Source: Gammaproteobacteria bacterium (GTDB lineage: Bacteria; Pseudomonadota; Gammaproteobacteria; Eutrophobiales; Eutrophobiaceae). From it: a DNA stretch of 64,000 nt. This document shows positions 1 to 11,407 of the stretch, piece by piece. The stretch covers positions 640,001-704,000 of the forward strand of contig OZ244905.1 in the NCBI GenBank assembly GCA_965221695.1, in the 5' to 3' direction. A model generated the notes under the pieces. It was not told where the DNA came from. It was given only the letters and a program-made list of their open reading frames with translations, and did not search any database. Positions within the stretch are counted from its first letter, which is position 1, and each line of letters opens with the position of its first letter. The translations under genes and the position numbers were made by a program.

Positions 1-124
1 TCAGGTCAGGCAAACATGACTTGAGCGAAATCTGCGACCTCTTGATCGATTAAAACAAAGCCGTTTCAATCCAGTTCTGATTTATTGCTAGAATTCAGCC
101 CGAAACTCATAAGCGGGGAGCAAC

Positions 125-1585
125 ATGTTCATAAAACGATACTTTACTGCGCTGGCTTTTCTAATGCTGTTTCTTGCCGCCCAGGTGAATGGGCAACAAT
201 ACGGGAATACGGATTTCCATGCCAGCGGCGACCCCGAAGCCCATGCCTTGTTCATTCGCGGCCTGGTGATGTTACACAATTTTGAATATGAAGACGCCAG
301 GGCGATGTTCCGGCAGGCGCGCAACTTGGATCCGGACTTCGTAATGGCCTATTGGGGCGAGGCGCTGACCCACGAGCATCCTCTCTGGAACCAGCAGAAC
401 CTGAACGCGGCCAGGGCCGTGTTGGAGCAGTTGGCGCCTACTGCCGAAGAGCGGGTGGAAAAAGCGCAGACCGAACGGGAAAAAGCCTATATTCGTTCGG
501 TCAATGTCCTGTTCGGCGAGGGAGACGATCGGGAACGGGATTACGCCTACAACGCTGCCTTGGAGAAAATCAGCAATACCTGGCCTGAGGATATTGACGC
601 GGGAGCGCTATACGCGCTATCAACGCTCACCACCAGCCATGACGGCCGGGATTTTTACAAGTTCATGCGAGCCGGCGCCATCACGGAGGAATTGATGGAC
701 CGCGCCCCACGACATCCCGGTGTCCTACATTACAACATCCACAGCTACGATGACCCGGTCCACGCTCCATTGGGCTTGCGCGCTGCGGACATCTATTCCG
801 ACGTGGCGCCCGCTGCGGTGCATGCCCTGCATATGCCGTCTCACATCTATTTTGCCTTGGGCGACTATGAACGGGCCGGCCAGTTGAACAAGCGTTCATT
901 CGATGCGGCCCTGAAACGGATGCGTAAAAACGATCTCCCTTACAATGGCCAGGCCTATCACTCTCTGTCCTGGCTGATTTATGCGCGCCTCCAAGAAGGC
1001 CGTTTCGACGAAGCCAGGCGTCTACTTGGCTACGCCGAGCGGGAGTGGAAAAATGCCGACACACCGACTAACCGTATCGGTTTTATCACTTGTCGTAGCA
1101 ACTACATCATTGATACCCAGGCCTGGAACGATCCGCTGCTGGACCTGGAAGTCAGCTACGACAAGGTATGGTCCTCCGCTATCGCCATGGATCAATACGT
1201 AATGGGTCTGCGGGCGTTGCGCCAGGGTGATGCCGATAAAGCGATGGCGATTGTGACTTCATTTGTGAGTTCGCCCAATCCGGAAAGCAGGAGTATCCGC
1301 GCCGCTGCGCCGACAGTCCTGAAACTGCTTCTCGAAGGCCATCTGCTTATCGCTGAAGGAAACCAGGAGCAGGGACTGGCGCTGATGCAGGAAGCCGTTG
1401 ACCTGGAACAAAGCCTTGAACCGGCTATCGGCCCGGCTATGCCCCAGCCCGCGGCAGAAGCCCTGGCAGAGGTATACCTGGAAATCGGCGCTACGGAGCA
1501 GGCCCGAAAAAACTACCAACTGTCGCTGACCCGCGCCGTCAACCGCCGACGCTCACTCGAGGGTTTAACCCGGATTTCTCACTAA
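125..1585 (+). CDS. Secreted tetratricopeptide-repeat (TPR) protein, function unknown
   Basis: 486 aa ORF with RBS GGGGAG and a signal-peptide-like N-terminus. TPR-like helices (ARAMFRQARNLDPDFVMAYWGEA) and His-rich segments HYNIHSYD and HALHMPSHIYF. Confidence 0.7.
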   Translation: MFIKRYFTALAFLMLFLAAQVNGQQYGNTDFHASGDPEAHALFIRGLVMLHNFEYEDARAMFRQARNLDPDFVMAYWGEALTHEHPLWNQQNLNAARAVLEQLAPTAEERVEKAQTEREKAYIRSVNVLFGEGDDRERDYAYNAALEKISNTWPEDIDAGALYALSTLTTSHDGRDFYKFMRAGAITEELMDRAPRHPGVLHYNIHSYDDPVHAPLGLRAADIYSDVAPAAVHALHMPSHIYFALGDYERAGQLNKRSFDAALKRMRKNDLPYNGQAYHSLSWLIYARLQEGRFDEARRLLGYAEREWKNADTPTNRIGFITCRSNYIIDTQAWNDPLLDLEVSYDKVWSSAIAMDQYVMGLRALRQGDADKAMAIVTSFVSSPNPESRSIRAAAPTVLKLLLEGHLLIAEGNQEQGLALMQEAVDLEQSLEPAIGPAMPQPAAEALAEVYLEIGATEQARKNYQLSLTRAVNRRRSLEGLTRISH

Positions 1586-1586
1586 A

Positions 1587-1645
1587 GAGTCGCCCTGCGG
1601 GCGACACAAAATTTAGCTGGACTCCTGCGGTTGCGAGAGTGGTTC
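1587..1645. repeat. REP-like composite palindrome (GTCGCCC hairpin plus CTGGAYTCCCG unit); possible terminator between convergent genes
   Basis: GTCGCCC-t-gc-GGGCGAC hairpin followed by CTGGACTCCTGCGGTTGCGAGAGTGGTTC. The same architecture recurs at 63561-63620 and, inverted, at 44860-44918. Confidence 0.7.
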
Positions 1646-1700
1646 TCTGGTAGCGGCCGCGGAACTGGTAGACGCTGGCAGACAATGTCAGATTGAATCG

Positions 1701-3026
1701 TCAATACCTCGCGAGAAGGTAGAGCCAGTAAATGGTTTTATCCGCGCTCTGGGCGGCATTGCGAGCGAGGTTAAGCGCATTCCGGTCGGCATTATAATCC
1801 GCATATTTAAAACCCACGGTGTAATGTTTGTAAAAGTTTTTTTCCACGAGTATATCCAGTTCATTGCCGTAGTCGTAAGAGTCCTTGTCCGTTTTCAGCA
1901 TATGATAAGATAACGCCAGGTCTGTGTTATAGATCGACGTAGTATAGTTAATATAGGTATCTTCAATGCCATCTCCAGGTGTAATCACGAAACGATCGGC
2001 CCACCCCTGGAATGCGTGATTAGTGCCAAGTATGGTGACAAACCTGTCGGCGCCGCCATCGCCGCCGAGCAATTCATAATTGGCAGTCAGAGAAAAGGAT
2101 TTAACTGGCCCCTGTCCGCCGCTCCAGGCGACGCCGCCGGCAGTCAGCAGATAATCGGCATTGATATGCTTCTTGTTATTGGCCTGGTCGCGCTGGTTTG
2201 CATACTCAAATGTATACAATATCCGCCAGGACTCATTTACCCGCCAGGCGCCTGACAGGCGTATGCCCAGCGTTCCGACGGAAAAAGCGGCAGCATTGTC
2301 AAAATCCAGCCAATAACCATAAGCCTCAATTTTTGCCTTGACAGATTTGTCATACAGGACGTTCAACAAATGTGAATTACTGTCAAATTTGTCCAGCGGG
2401 TCGGGAGCGTCGTTACCGAATATACGATTGACCTGCCAAGTGTAGCCGTATCTGATCTTGAGATGCTCAACCGGTGTCATCTCAACGGTCAGCGCGTCAT
2501 GGGTTTGCCAGTTCTGCCGCCATAATACCGTGCCCAGATAACGATGCAGCGGCGCTTTGCGCCAGGTGATGATTTGTCGTCCCACTTTCATACGCGTAGC
2601 CGGCAAACCGTTAAAACTCAGCCAGGCTTGATTGAGTTCCGTGCCGTTCGGGTCGGCGACAACGGCATAATCAGTTTTGTCATTGGAGCCGTTGTTAAAA
2701 TCATCGGGGCCGAGTTCACTGATATGTTCGAACTCAATGCCGGCATTAAAACCATGGAAAGACGCTGTATCGTAACCCAGTACCAACCGGAGTGTAGAGG
2801 CTTCGGCTGTCTTCAATGGGTTACTGCCGGCAGCTCGCCCATCATCCTCTACCCGCTCAAAACGATAGCGTCCGACAAAGCGAAACTTGCCTCCTAATAT
2901 TGCATCTTCTAAACGCTGCGTTGGGCGCTGCGCCTGAATGTCCGCATTGACCCGATGAGAAGCGCAGGAAAAGATCAGCGCCAAACCGATAAAACCACAG
3001 CCCAGATGGGCATATACATCTCTCAT
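1701..3026 (-). CDS. Alginate export (AlgE-like) family outer-membrane porin
   Basis: 441 aa with signal peptide, RBS GAGGAG and a C-terminal aromatic residue. Family motifs RYRFERV, VADPNGTELNQAW, KVGRQ, WRQN and LGTNHAFQGWADRF. This family often neighbours nitrate/nitrite reductase genes. Confidence 0.75.
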   Translation of the reverse strand: MRDVYAHLGCGFIGLALIFSCASHRVNADIQAQRPTQRLEDAILGGKFRFVGRYRFERVEDDGRAAGSNPLKTAEASTLRLVLGYDTASFHGFNAGIEFEHISELGPDDFNNGSNDKTDYAVVADPNGTELNQAWLSFNGLPATRMKVGRQIITWRKAPLHRYLGTVLWRQNWQTHDALTVEMTPVEHLKIRYGYTWQVNRIFGNDAPDPLDKFDSNSHLLNVLYDKSVKAKIEAYGYWLDFDNAAAFSVGTLGIRLSGAWRVNESWRILYTFEYANQRDQANNKKHINADYLLTAGGVAWSGGQGPVKSFSLTANYELLGGDGGADRFVTILGTNHAFQGWADRFVITPGDGIEDTYINYTTSIYNTDLALSYHMLKTDKDSYDYGNELDILVEKNFYKHYTVGFKYADYNADRNALNLARNAAQSADKTIYWLYLLARY

Positions 3027-3139
3027 AGGTTTTCTCCTCGCAAAACCGGCGCGTTATGTAAAGGGCCTCCGCTTCAGCCGGAAGCTCCTGCAGCGCAGGT
3101 ATGTGTCATCGAAGATAATCTCCAATAAGTTGCGATTCC

Positions 3140-3153
3140 TTGATACCGGTCAA
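3140..3153. promoter_or_regulatory. FNR/DNR box in the divergent porin / TonB receptor promoter
   Basis: TTGAT-ACCG-GTCAA, one mismatch to TTGAT-N4-ATCAA. Confidence 0.7.
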
Positions 3154-3190
3154 GTTATTCAACAATTCGGCAACCATAATATCAGCCACC

Positions 3191-5356
3191 ATGAAACGCT
3201 CTTTACTGCTTGCCTGTTTCGTCCTCTCCATCTTATGGGGGTTCTCTCCCGGCGCCACAGCCAAGGATTTTCTCGAAGAAATCGTTGTGGTCGGCAGCAA
3301 AACCGAACGGCCGCGTTGGACCGTCTCCGGCCAGGTGGAAACATTCACCCGGGAACGACTGGACTGGCAACAAGTCGCTGAGTTCAGCGATGTCAGCCGT
3401 TACGCGCCAGCATTGGAAGCAGATTACAGTGGCAGCCGCTTCGGCTTTACCGGCCTTTCAATTCGCGGCGTGGGAGATAACCGAGTGGCTCTGGAACTGG
3501 ACGGCTCACCATTGCCACAACAGCTTGACGTTGGCAGTTTTGCGGATAACGGCCGCCTGGCGCTTGACCCAGCAACCATCAAGCGCATCGAAATCCTGCG
3601 CGGTCCCGCATCAGCGCTGTATGGTTCGGACGCGATTGGCGGCGTCGTGATCATTGACACTGTTGACGGCGCTGACCTGGTTGATGCTGGCCGACGCTAC
3701 TACTGTGGCGCAAACGGCGGCTATTACAGCGCCGATAATTCAAAACATGGCCAAGCCACTTGCGCCTGGGCGAACGATACCGACAGCGCCATGCTCTCTG
3801 TGAGCCGGCGCGCCGGCCATGCATTAGAGAACCGGGCCAGGGATGTGGAAAGTGACCGTGTCAAGTTCAACCAATGGCAATGGTTTGCAAAATGGAGTCA
3901 TGCATTTAATCACGGCGGCAACTTGCGCTTCCTGGTCGATTATTTCAGCCGTAACACAAGCAGCGACCTGCGCGCGCAACTGGGATATGAGCGTTTTGCC
4001 AGTACCACAAAACTACAAGGCGACGATGAACAGCAGCGTTACCGGATAGCGTTGCAATATGACCTGCCCGCCTGGCGCTGGTCAGATCAGCTCAGGCTGC
4101 TAGCCTATTACCAGCATAACGATACCGAACAACAGACCGAACAATACCGTCGCAGCTTTGGCGCCCCGGTATTCCTGCAACGGAATTTCTTCCTCACTGA
4201 GCAAAACCTGGGCGGCGAAATTAAATCCAGGCATGAGTTCAGTGTCGCCGGGCTTGATCATGTGTTGCTTGCGGGTATGGAATGGGATCGGCAACGGCTG
4301 CTCGAAAGACGCAATGCCAGCCAGACAAATCGGATAAGCGGACAGGTGACAAACACTGTTCTGGGAGAAACCTTTCCCCTGCGAGACATGCCAAAATCCA
4401 CGACTGACAAAGTGGGAATCTTCATCCAGAATGAGATCCTGTGGAAAAACCTGACCCTGACGCCGGCGCTTCGCTGGGACTATTTCAAACTTGATTCCGA
4501 TACCGACTCTTATGTTACCGACAAGACCTTGCTGACCGACCTGAGCAGCGCTGACCTGACCGCGCGTCTGGGTCTGGTATGGCGATTGAGCGACGATTTT
4601 TCTGTTTATGCCCATTACGCGGAAGGATTCCGAGCGCCACCGGCGGAAGACGTCAACCTGTTTCTTGATATTGCTCTGTTCAACTATCGCTCGTTGCCAA
4701 ACCCCGATTTAAAACCGGAACGTTCGCGCAACCTTGAAATCGGTTTTCTACTGCGCTGGCACGGGTTGTCAGTAGAAGCCGGCGCATACCACTCACGCTA
4801 TCGCAACTTTATCGAAACTCGCGCGTTAATCGGCCCTGACCCGGACACGGGAGGATTGTTATTTCAGTCCCGAAACCTTGAAGATTCGACCATTTATGGC
4901 TTTGAAGCCAACTTGAGCCAATCGCTTGAGTCGCTACGCCTGATGCATCGGGGATGGCACATCGATGCCGGCCTGCACTGGGCCCGGGGGGAAAATGACG
5001 TGACCTCATTGCCACTAAATTCGGTCAATCCGCTAAAAGCGGTGATCGGGCTGCGTCGGGAAATAGCATCGCAGCCTTTTGCAGCCAGCTTGCGAGTGGT
5101 CCATTATGGCAAACAACATCGTACTGATTTTAGCGCCGGCGATTTTTTTGTGCCTTCTTCCGCAACAGTAGCAGACCTGACGCTCTGCTGGAAACAATCC
5201 GAGCGTCTGCGCTGGTTTCTCGGCATATATAACCTGACGAATAAACGTTATCAGCGTTATACCGAAACGCGCAGGCTGAAACCGGATGACCCAAGACTGG
5301 AAATTCTGACCCAACCGGGGATTAACGCGGCGCTGACCCTGCACATCGATTTTTAA
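3191..5356 (+). CDS. TonB-dependent heme/hemoglobin-family receptor
   Basis: The ORF track starts at TTG 3140, but ATG 3191 gives a signal peptide (MKRSLLLAC). TonB box EEIVVVG, plug motif RIEILRGPASALYGSDAIGGVV, heme-receptor FRAP...NPDL motifs, terminal Phe. Confidence 0.85.
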   Translation: MKRSLLLACFVLSILWGFSPGATAKDFLEEIVVVGSKTERPRWTVSGQVETFTRERLDWQQVAEFSDVSRYAPALEADYSGSRFGFTGLSIRGVGDNRVALELDGSPLPQQLDVGSFADNGRLALDPATIKRIEILRGPASALYGSDAIGGVVIIDTVDGADLVDAGRRYYCGANGGYYSADNSKHGQATCAWANDTDSAMLSVSRRAGHALENRARDVESDRVKFNQWQWFAKWSHAFNHGGNLRFLVDYFSRNTSSDLRAQLGYERFASTTKLQGDDEQQRYRIALQYDLPAWRWSDQLRLLAYYQHNDTEQQTEQYRRSFGAPVFLQRNFFLTEQNLGGEIKSRHEFSVAGLDHVLLAGMEWDRQRLLERRNASQTNRISGQVTNTVLGETFPLRDMPKSTTDKVGIFIQNEILWKNLTLTPALRWDYFKLDSDTDSYVTDKTLLTDLSSADLTARLGLVWRLSDDFSVYAHYAEGFRAPPAEDVNLFLDIALFNYRSLPNPDLKPERSRNLEIGFLLRWHGLSVEAGAYHSRYRNFIETRALIGPDPDTGGLLFQSRNLEDSTIYGFEANLSQSLESLRLMHRGWHIDAGLHWARGENDVTSLPLNSVNPLKAVIGLRREIASQPFAASLRVVHYGKQHRTDFSAGDFFVPSSATVADLTLCWKQSERLRWFLGIYNLTNKRYQRYTETRRLKPDDPRLEILTQPGINAALTLHIDF

Positions 5357-5371
5357 TAAAAGCGCCACGAA

Positions 5372-5385
5372 TTGATCAGTGTCAA
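5372..5385. promoter_or_regulatory. FNR/DNR box upstream of nirS
   Basis: TTGAT-CAGT-GTCAA about 60 bp before the nirS ATG. Confidence 0.8.
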
Positions 5386-5431
5386 GAGACTACAGCCAAT
5401 AACCTGCTATTTTTTCGCTGTGTTCTGTTAG

Positions 5432-7510
<2,079 letters not shown>

Positions 7511-7564
7511 CTCGGATTATTCTCCGAGGCTCGCCTCAGAACAGGTGTAGAAGTTACAACTAAG

Positions 7565-7649
7565 GGAAGCTCTGACAAGTCCATCCAGGACTTGTCAGAG
7601 AGCGGCACAGTTTCTGTGTCGCAGAACCTTTGATTTAATCAGAGGTTGG
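7565..7649. mobile_element. Short three-hairpin variant of the 150-bp MITE family
   Basis: GGAAGCTCTGACAAGTCC-atcca-GGACTTGTCAGAG, GCGGCACAG-ttt-CTGTGTCGC and AACCTTTGA-tttaa-TCAGAGGTT, followed by TTAA. Confidence 0.75.
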
Positions 7650-7702
7650 TTAATCGATGTGTTCAATCCGCCGCCAGTCGGCCTCAGTTGTGATGGTGTA
7701 AA

Positions 7703-8431
7703 ATGTCTTATCCAGATGTAACAGTTGCGCATAATGCCGACAAAAAAGTTTTCCCATTTAACCCCTTGGAAAAAATGTTCAAACAGGACTTGTTCCAGGA
7801 CCTGAACGCCGCACAGCGTTCGCTGATCCGCTCTTCAATTCGCACTATCCGTCTGAAGCAGGGTCAGACCCTGTTTCAACAGGGAATGCCGGCCAGGTCA
7901 TTCTATTTTATTGTCAATGGCTGGATAACGTTATTCCGTCTGCATGAAAGCGGCGCCACCACCGTGATACATACTTTTGGCGCTGGGGATATGTTCGGCG
8001 AGGTCGCGGCGCTGGCCATCAACAGCTATCCTGTTACGGCTGATGCGGCAACAGATACGATCGTGTATTCAATACCGGCTGCCGCTTATCGTGCACTGAT
8101 AGAACGGGATGCCCGCCTCGCGATACGCGTTATCAACAGCCTGGAACAACGCGTCCGCATCTTGATCAGCGAGTTTGAACGTTGCCAGCAAGACTCCGGC
8201 GTAAACCGGCTGGCGTCGTTCCTGGTCGAATTGTCTCGCCGCTCAAACTCAAACAATGGTCACTACATGCTGCCGTTCAGCAAACAAACGCTGGCAGGCA
8301 TGTTGCATATCCAACCGGAAACTCTGTCACGCGCGTTCTCGGTACTGCGTAAATACGGCGTAAAAAGCTACCGTAATGGCCGCGTGCACATTCCGGATAT
8401 GCGCGCTCTGAACACCCTCCTCCGCGAATAA
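7703..8431 (+). CDS. Crp/Fnr family regulator, DNR/NnrR-like (true start may be 7775)
   Basis: cNMP-binding fold (LFQQG, GDMFGE, YPVTADA) and recognition helix PETLSR with the ExxSR motif that reads FNR boxes. No N-terminal Cys cluster. Confidence 0.85.
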   Translation: MSYPDVTVAHNADKKVFPFNPLEKMFKQDLFQDLNAAQRSLIRSSIRTIRLKQGQTLFQQGMPARSFYFIVNGWITLFRLHESGATTVIHTFGAGDMFGEVAALAINSYPVTADAATDTIVYSIPAAAYRALIERDARLAIRVINSLEQRVRILISEFERCQQDSGVNRLASFLVELSRRSNSNNGHYMLPFSKQTLAGMLHIQPETLSRAFSVLRKYGVKSYRNGRVHIPDMRALNTLLRE

Positions 8432-8484
8432 AACAAGAGGCGTTCGCATACAAGCGCAGGCTTACGCCGGGAGCGCGGATATCC

Positions 8485-8536
8485 TAGCCCGAAAATCTCA
8501 GCGATCATCGCATCAATTGGTGAGATATTCGGTCTA
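8485..8536. repeat. Miniature inverted-repeat element or hairpin between convergent genes
   Basis: TAGCCCGAAAATCTCA ... TGAGATATTCGGTCTA (14/16 inverted match) with an inner GCGAT-c-ATCGC palindrome. Confidence 0.5.
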
Positions 8537-8592
8537 AAGAAAGCAGAGATTCCTGTTGTTTGCTCCGACTGACCTCACACTTTCGTTGCAGT

Positions 8593-9576
8593 TCAATCCA
8601 GGTCCAGTTTGAACAACTCAATGGCATTGGAGCGTCCTATCTTCACGCGCTCCTCCTCGGTGATTACGCTGGTGGCGTCGTACCAGTCCGCCGCATCCTC
8701 CATGCGTTCAAACGGATAGTCGGCGGAGAAGTAGAGCCTGTCCTTACCCAGCACATCCAGGGCGCAGCGGAACGCCGGATCGTCAAACAAGCCGCTAACG
8801 GTGATATGGAAATGCTCCCGGAAGTAATCGCCCAGCGGGCGTTTGCCGCGGTAGCCGCGTCGGGAAAATCGCATGCGCGCATCAAGACGCCACAGGGCAA
8901 ACGGGATATTCTCTCCCATATGACCCACGGCTATCTTCAGGTTGGGAAAATCATCGAACACGCCGGAACCGCACAGGCGCAACGCGTGGATCGAGGTTTC
9001 CACCGCGAAGCCCCAGGGAGCGCTCATCAACCAGGGGTGCCCATCATAGTTTCTGGCCTGGGCGGGAATCTGCATACGCGGGTGCAGGTAAAAAGGCACG
9101 TCCAGGTCCGATACCGCCGCCCAGAAGTCACGGTACTCCGGTATGTCGTAGTATATCGCCGTGTCCGGTTCGTCTTTTTGGGTAAACCCGTTTACCAGCG
9201 CGCCCTTGAAACCGAGTTCATTGACACACCGCTCCACCTCCGCAGCCGCGGCAGCGGGGTCTTGCATGGGCAGCGCAGCCATGCCGGCATAACGGTTCGG
9301 GTGTTGGGTCACCGCGTCGGCAATACGGTTGTTCGCCTTGCGCGCAAGCTCGATGGCTTGCTCAGTATCCAGAATCGCCTGCAGGCCCGGCGCATTGAGA
9401 GACAGCAGCGCCAGTTCGATTCCGGTCTTATCCATTGCCGCGAGGCGCATGTCGTCGACATCCAGAAGTTCCAGGGTAAACTCGTCCCATCTACCCGAAT
9501 CGCCGGCAAATGCTTTGGCATTGCCGACGGTTTCTTCGATGGCCAAGTGTTCTTCAAATGCGATTTTGCCTTTCAT
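8593..9576 (-). CDS. Amidohydrolase-family non-oxidative decarboxylase (gamma-resorcylate / 2,3-dihydroxybenzoate decarboxylase-like)
   Basis: MKGKIAFEEH, LSLNAPG, FYLHP, GHMGE and FSADYPFE motifs. Confidence 0.85.
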   Translation of the reverse strand: MKGKIAFEEHLAIEETVGNAKAFAGDSGRWDEFTLELLDVDDMRLAAMDKTGIELALLSLNAPGLQAILDTEQAIELARKANNRIADAVTQHPNRYAGMAALPMQDPAAAAAEVERCVNELGFKGALVNGFTQKDEPDTAIYYDIPEYRDFWAAVSDLDVPFYLHPRMQIPAQARNYDGHPWLMSAPWGFAVETSIHALRLCGSGVFDDFPNLKIAVGHMGENIPFALWRLDARMRFSRRGYRGKRPLGDYFREHFHITVSGLFDDPAFRCALDVLGKDRLYFSADYPFERMEDAADWYDATSVITEEERVKIGRSNAIELFKLDLD

Positions 9577-9610
9577 GATACTCTTATCTCTCAGTGTTAT
9601 CGGTTTATGA

Positions 9611-11356
9611 TCAGTGTTGCGAACGCAGTTCCGGCGGGAGCCATTCGTAGTGGGAAAAACGATTGGTCCAGCCGGTTTCGTATCCGGGTAAAGGAATGAC
9701 GCCGTTATCGGCTACATAGGCATCCCAAAGCGCTTGCATTTCAGCCAGTTTCTGAGGGTGATGCTCCGCCAAGTCAATGCTTTCTGCCGGATCCTCGGCC
9801 AGGTTGAACAGCGACCAGCGCCCCTCCGGTCCCCACGGCGCATTCATCCAGGTTATCTTCCAGTCACCCTGCACCACGCCCCTGCGGCCCATCATCACGT
9901 ACGCAAAATAGTCCTCCGGCGGGTGCGCCTGCGTGCTTGAACCGTGCAGGAACGCGCGCATCGACCTCCCTCTCATCGGCGGCATTGGCTCGCCATTGTC
10001 GGCAACGCCCGGATGCTCTACGCCGGCATAATCCAGCAAGGTAACAGGCAGGTCAAGGACGTTTGCTGGGGCGGACGACACCTCTCCTGCTTCAATACGG
10101 CCGGGAAAACGGAAAATGGCCGGTGTGCGAATCCCCCCTTCGGTAGGAAACCCCTTAAAATAACGCAACGGGGCGCTGCCGACATGCGCCCAGCCTGCCC
10201 CCAGCCAGGAATAGGAACCGGGCCTCCCCAGGTTCTCCTGGCTGACATCAAAGCGGCCCTCGGCCCAGTCAAAACCCGGTTGCCCATAAAAATCCAACGG
10301 ATTGCCCCCTTCCGCGCCGTTGTCGGAGAGGAAGATCACCAGCGTGTTGTCCGCCAGTCCCTCCCGCTCCAGGTATTCGAGGACTCTGCCAATATGAAAA
10401 TCCATGGCTTCCGTCATCGCCGCGTACACTTGCATGCGGCGGACTTCGAGGCTGCGCATGGTTTCATCCAGGTCATTCCATACCGGCCAGGCCGGATGCT
10501 GTTCTGCCGCGACCTGCTGTTCGCCAATCAGCCCGGTGTTACGCATCCGTTCGATGCGCGCGGCGCGCACGGCATCATAACCCTGTTCGTATACTCCGGC
10601 ATAGCGCTCGATATATTCATCCGGCGCGTGCAGTGGGTAATGTGGCGCAGTAAATGGCAAGTAGGCGAAAAAAGGCTTGCCGTCGGACCGATGACGGTCA
10701 ATATACTCCATAATCTTGTCGGCATAGTTCCTGGAGGAGTAAAAGTCATCGGGCAACTCAATCTCACGACCGTTTTCCACGTAAGTCACTGAGTCCAGTT
10801 CCAGCAATGACGGCGCCCTGTTGAAATGGGAACCGCTACCCTCCACCAGCACGAAAGATTCCTCGAACCCGCGCCGGTCGGGCCACAGGACCGGGTTGCC
10901 ATGCCCGCCCATGTCCCATTTGCCGGCGATATAGGTATGGTAGCCATCGCCGTGTAACACGTTGGCGATGGTCGTCACCCGGTCTGTGAGGTAGGTCTCA
11001 TAACCCGGTTGTCCGCGTATCGCCGGCGTAAACTCCCCGGCCATGGTGCCGTAGCCGGCAGGGTGGCTGTCGGCGCCGGTGAGCAGCATCGCGCGGGTGG
11101 GTGAGCACAACATGTGCACCCGGAAATGGGTCATCAGCATGCCCTGGGCCGCGAGCCGGTCGATATTGGGCGTGCGGATCTCACTGCCCATCACTCCGAT
11201 GTCCGAATACCCCATATCATCCGCGAGGATGACCAGGAAGTTGGGGCGTTCGGGTTGTTTGCCGGTACAGGCGACCAGCAGACAGGCGGCACATAGCAAC
11301 GACAACCGCATTGTCAGCCGGAAAGACAAGAAGGGAAAGGATTTACTGCCCCTCAT
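9611..11356 (-). CDS. Arylsulfatase (Cys-type, formylglycine-dependent), probable lipoprotein; likely start 11311
   Basis: PNFLVILADDMG, CSPTRAMLLTG, GKWD, APHYPLHAP and SDNG motifs; lipobox-like LLVAC. Confidence 0.9.
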   Translation of the reverse strand: MRGSKSFPFLSFRLTMRLSLLCAACLLVACTGKQPERPNFLVILADDMGYSDIGVMGSEIRTPNIDRLAAQGMLMTHFRVHMLCSPTRAMLLTGADSHPAGYGTMAGEFTPAIRGQPGYETYLTDRVTTIANVLHGDGYHTYIAGKWDMGGHGNPVLWPDRRGFEESFVLVEGSGSHFNRAPSLLELDSVTYVENGREIELPDDFYSSRNYADKIMEYIDRHRSDGKPFFAYLPFTAPHYPLHAPDEYIERYAGVYEQGYDAVRAARIERMRNTGLIGEQQVAAEQHPAWPVWNDLDETMRSLEVRRMQVYAAMTEAMDFHIGRVLEYLEREGLADNTLVIFLSDNGAEGGNPLDFYGQPGFDWAEGRFDVSQENLGRPGSYSWLGAGWAHVGSAPLRYFKGFPTEGGIRTPAIFRFPGRIEAGEVSSAPANVLDLPVTLLDYAGVEHPGVADNGEPMPPMRGRSMRAFLHGSSTQAHPPEDYFAYVMMGRRGVVQGDWKITWMNAPWGPEGRWSLFNLAEDPAESIDLAEHHPQKLAEMQALWDAYVADNGVIPLPGYETGWTNRFSHYEWLPPELRSQH

Positions 11357-11391
11357 GGCATAACGCAGGCCGTAATACGCACGAGGGGCAG
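11346..11391 (-). terminator. Intercistronic stem-loop downstream of the TonB receptor
   Basis: CTGCCCCTC...GAGGGGCAG stem. It sequesters the ATG at 11356, which favours the downstream sulfatase start at 11311. Confidence 0.5.
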
Positions 11392-11407
11392 GTTTTTGTT
11401 CGCTATA

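Noticed and set aside
42-55. TTGATCGATTAAAA as an FNR box for the TPR gene
   Set aside because: Only one half-site matches.
8560-9699. Long antisense ORFs (also 17027-18304, 20189-21076, 28535-29599, 45634-46641, 59822-60796)
   Set aside because: Each lies opposite a well-supported gene and has no recognisable motifs; these are typical GC-rich shadow ORFs.
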